Assembly (NCBI RefSeq): GCF_050916355.1
Contig: NZ_CP136946.1
Span: 598,162-662,161, forward strand
Source of the DNA: Jeongeupia wiesaeckerbachi
GTDB taxonomy: Bacteria > Pseudomonadota > Gammaproteobacteria > Burkholderiales > Chitinibacteraceae
Direction: 5' to 3'
Length of the DNA: 64,000 nucleotides
Each line of letters starts with the position of its first letter. Position 1 is the first letter of the stretch. The notes below the pieces were generated by a model. The model made no database searches. It saw only the letters and a program-made list of their open reading frames with translations, and was not told the DNA's origin. A program made the position numbers and the translations under genes. Below, one piece after another: positions 63,290 through 64,000 of the stretch.

Positions 63290-63405
63290 GCTCGTTTTCC
63301 TTGTTTACGTCTGATTCCATCGTAAACCGACCTGCTGCACCGGGCGGAAAGACAATAGTAAAAAAACGTAATAAGGCGCTGTGGCGGTGCCAATCGCCCC
63401 CAGGC

Positions 63406-64000
63406 TTACGGAATATCGGCGTACGGCATCCGGCGGACGATGATCGCGGCCTTGCGCGCCAGACGCCGGTCGTTGCGGCGCACATCGTAGTACCGCGGAT
63501 TGGTCACCATCGCGGCCAGTTTGGCCGACTGCGCTGCGCTGAGGCGTGCGGCGCCGGTACGATAGTAGTGCCGCGCGGCGGCCTCGGCGCCGTAGACGCC
63601 GTTCCCCCATTCGATCACGTTCAGATAGATTTCGAAGATGCGCCGTTTGTCGAGCAGCGCTTCGAGCATCACCGTGATCACCGCCTCCTCGGCCTTGCGC
63701 CAGGGCGTGCGGCCCGACGACAGGAACAGGTTCTTGGCCAACTGCTGACTGATGGTCGAGCCGCCGGCGACAATGCGGCCTTTCTTGAGGTTCTTTTCCC
63801 ACGCGGTCTGGATGCCTTCCCAGTCGAAGCCGTCGTGATCGAGGAATTTGGCGTCCTCGGAGGCCACCAGCGCGCGCTTTAGATGGGTCGAAATCTGCGA
63901 ATAATCGACCCACTGCTGCCGCAGCTCGGCGTCCGGATTGCTTGCCTCCAGCCGCGCCAGTCCCTCGGCCATGAAGGCGGTATGCGATGGGTTGATCCAC
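63406..64000 (-). CDS. mtgA: Monofunctional biosynthetic peptidoglycan transglycosylase (GT51); the 5' end lies outside the window
   Basis: GT51 motifs (EDAKFLDHDGFDWEGI, GGSTISQQLAKNLFL, IFEIYLNVIEWGNGVYGAEAAA). The N-terminal TM region is beyond the window edge. Confidence 0.8.
   Translation of the reverse strand, partial: WINPSHTAFMAEGLARLEASNPDAELRQQWVDYSQISTHLKRALVASEDAKFLDHDGFDWEGIQTAWEKNLKKGRIVAGGSTISQQLAKNLFLSSGRTPWRKAEEAVITVMLEALLDKRRIFEIYLNVIEWGNGVYGAEAAARHYYRTGAARLSAAQSAKLAAMVTNPRYYDVRRNDRRLARKAAIIVRRMPYADIP

Overview
High-GC (~65%) chromosomal segment, probably from a betaproteobacterium (Neisseriales/Chromobacteriaceae-like gene content). It is densely coded with housekeeping and accessory genes and shows no sign of a mobile island or CRISPR array. 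All family assignments below come from reading motifs by eye; no searches were run.

Gene content in order:
- The tail of a carbohydrate ABC transporter (two permeases and a MalK/UgpC-type ATPase).
- A yqjD/yqjE/yqjK-like membrane-stress operon.
- valS.
- A lipoprotein gene and a secreted tandem-repeat protein.
- A DUF2917/LysR divergent pair.
- An AI-2E transporter and a methyl-accepting chemotaxis protein.
- A stand-alone OLD-family (ATPase plus Toprim) nuclease.
- An AraC regulator divergent from a PhyH-family dioxygenase.
- A BCCT transporter and glmS.
- An OmpR/histidine-kinase two-component system divergent from a DsbD/TlpA-like/DsbG (Scs-like) periplasmic redox operon.
- A sigma-54/RtcR-controlled rtc RNA-repair locus.
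- A Spo0M-like/DUF3616-like pair, a GAF-GGDEF cyclase, chrA, sstT and pyk.
- A TetR-regulated RND efflux operon (adaptor, pump, outer-membrane factor) with a clear tandem palindromic operator.
- A ChaN lipoprotein and an IMPACT/YigZ protein.
- Two paralogous TPR proteins flanking a Gate-domain membrane protein.
- A 1293-aa FAD/Fe-S oxidoreductase (YdiJ-like).
- A HIT protein coupled to a 540-aa unknown protein.
- A PP2C/FHA/class-II cyclic-nucleotide phosphodiesterase operon and the end of mtgA.

The most unusual feature is the rtc locus. The leader transcribed from the predicted sigma-54 promoter contains two tandem tRNA-like elements, i.e. Y-RNA/YrlA-like structures. One is an acceptor/T-arm minihelix ending in CCA; the other has perfect D- and T-arms but a non-canonical anticodon arm. 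There is no Rsr/Ro60 gene. Downstream, rtcB and rtcA are accompanied by a cytoplasmic double-SPFH protein, a Cys-rich zinc-ribbon protein and a Pol-beta nucleotidyltransferase (RlaP-like). I am not aware of a description of this arrangement.
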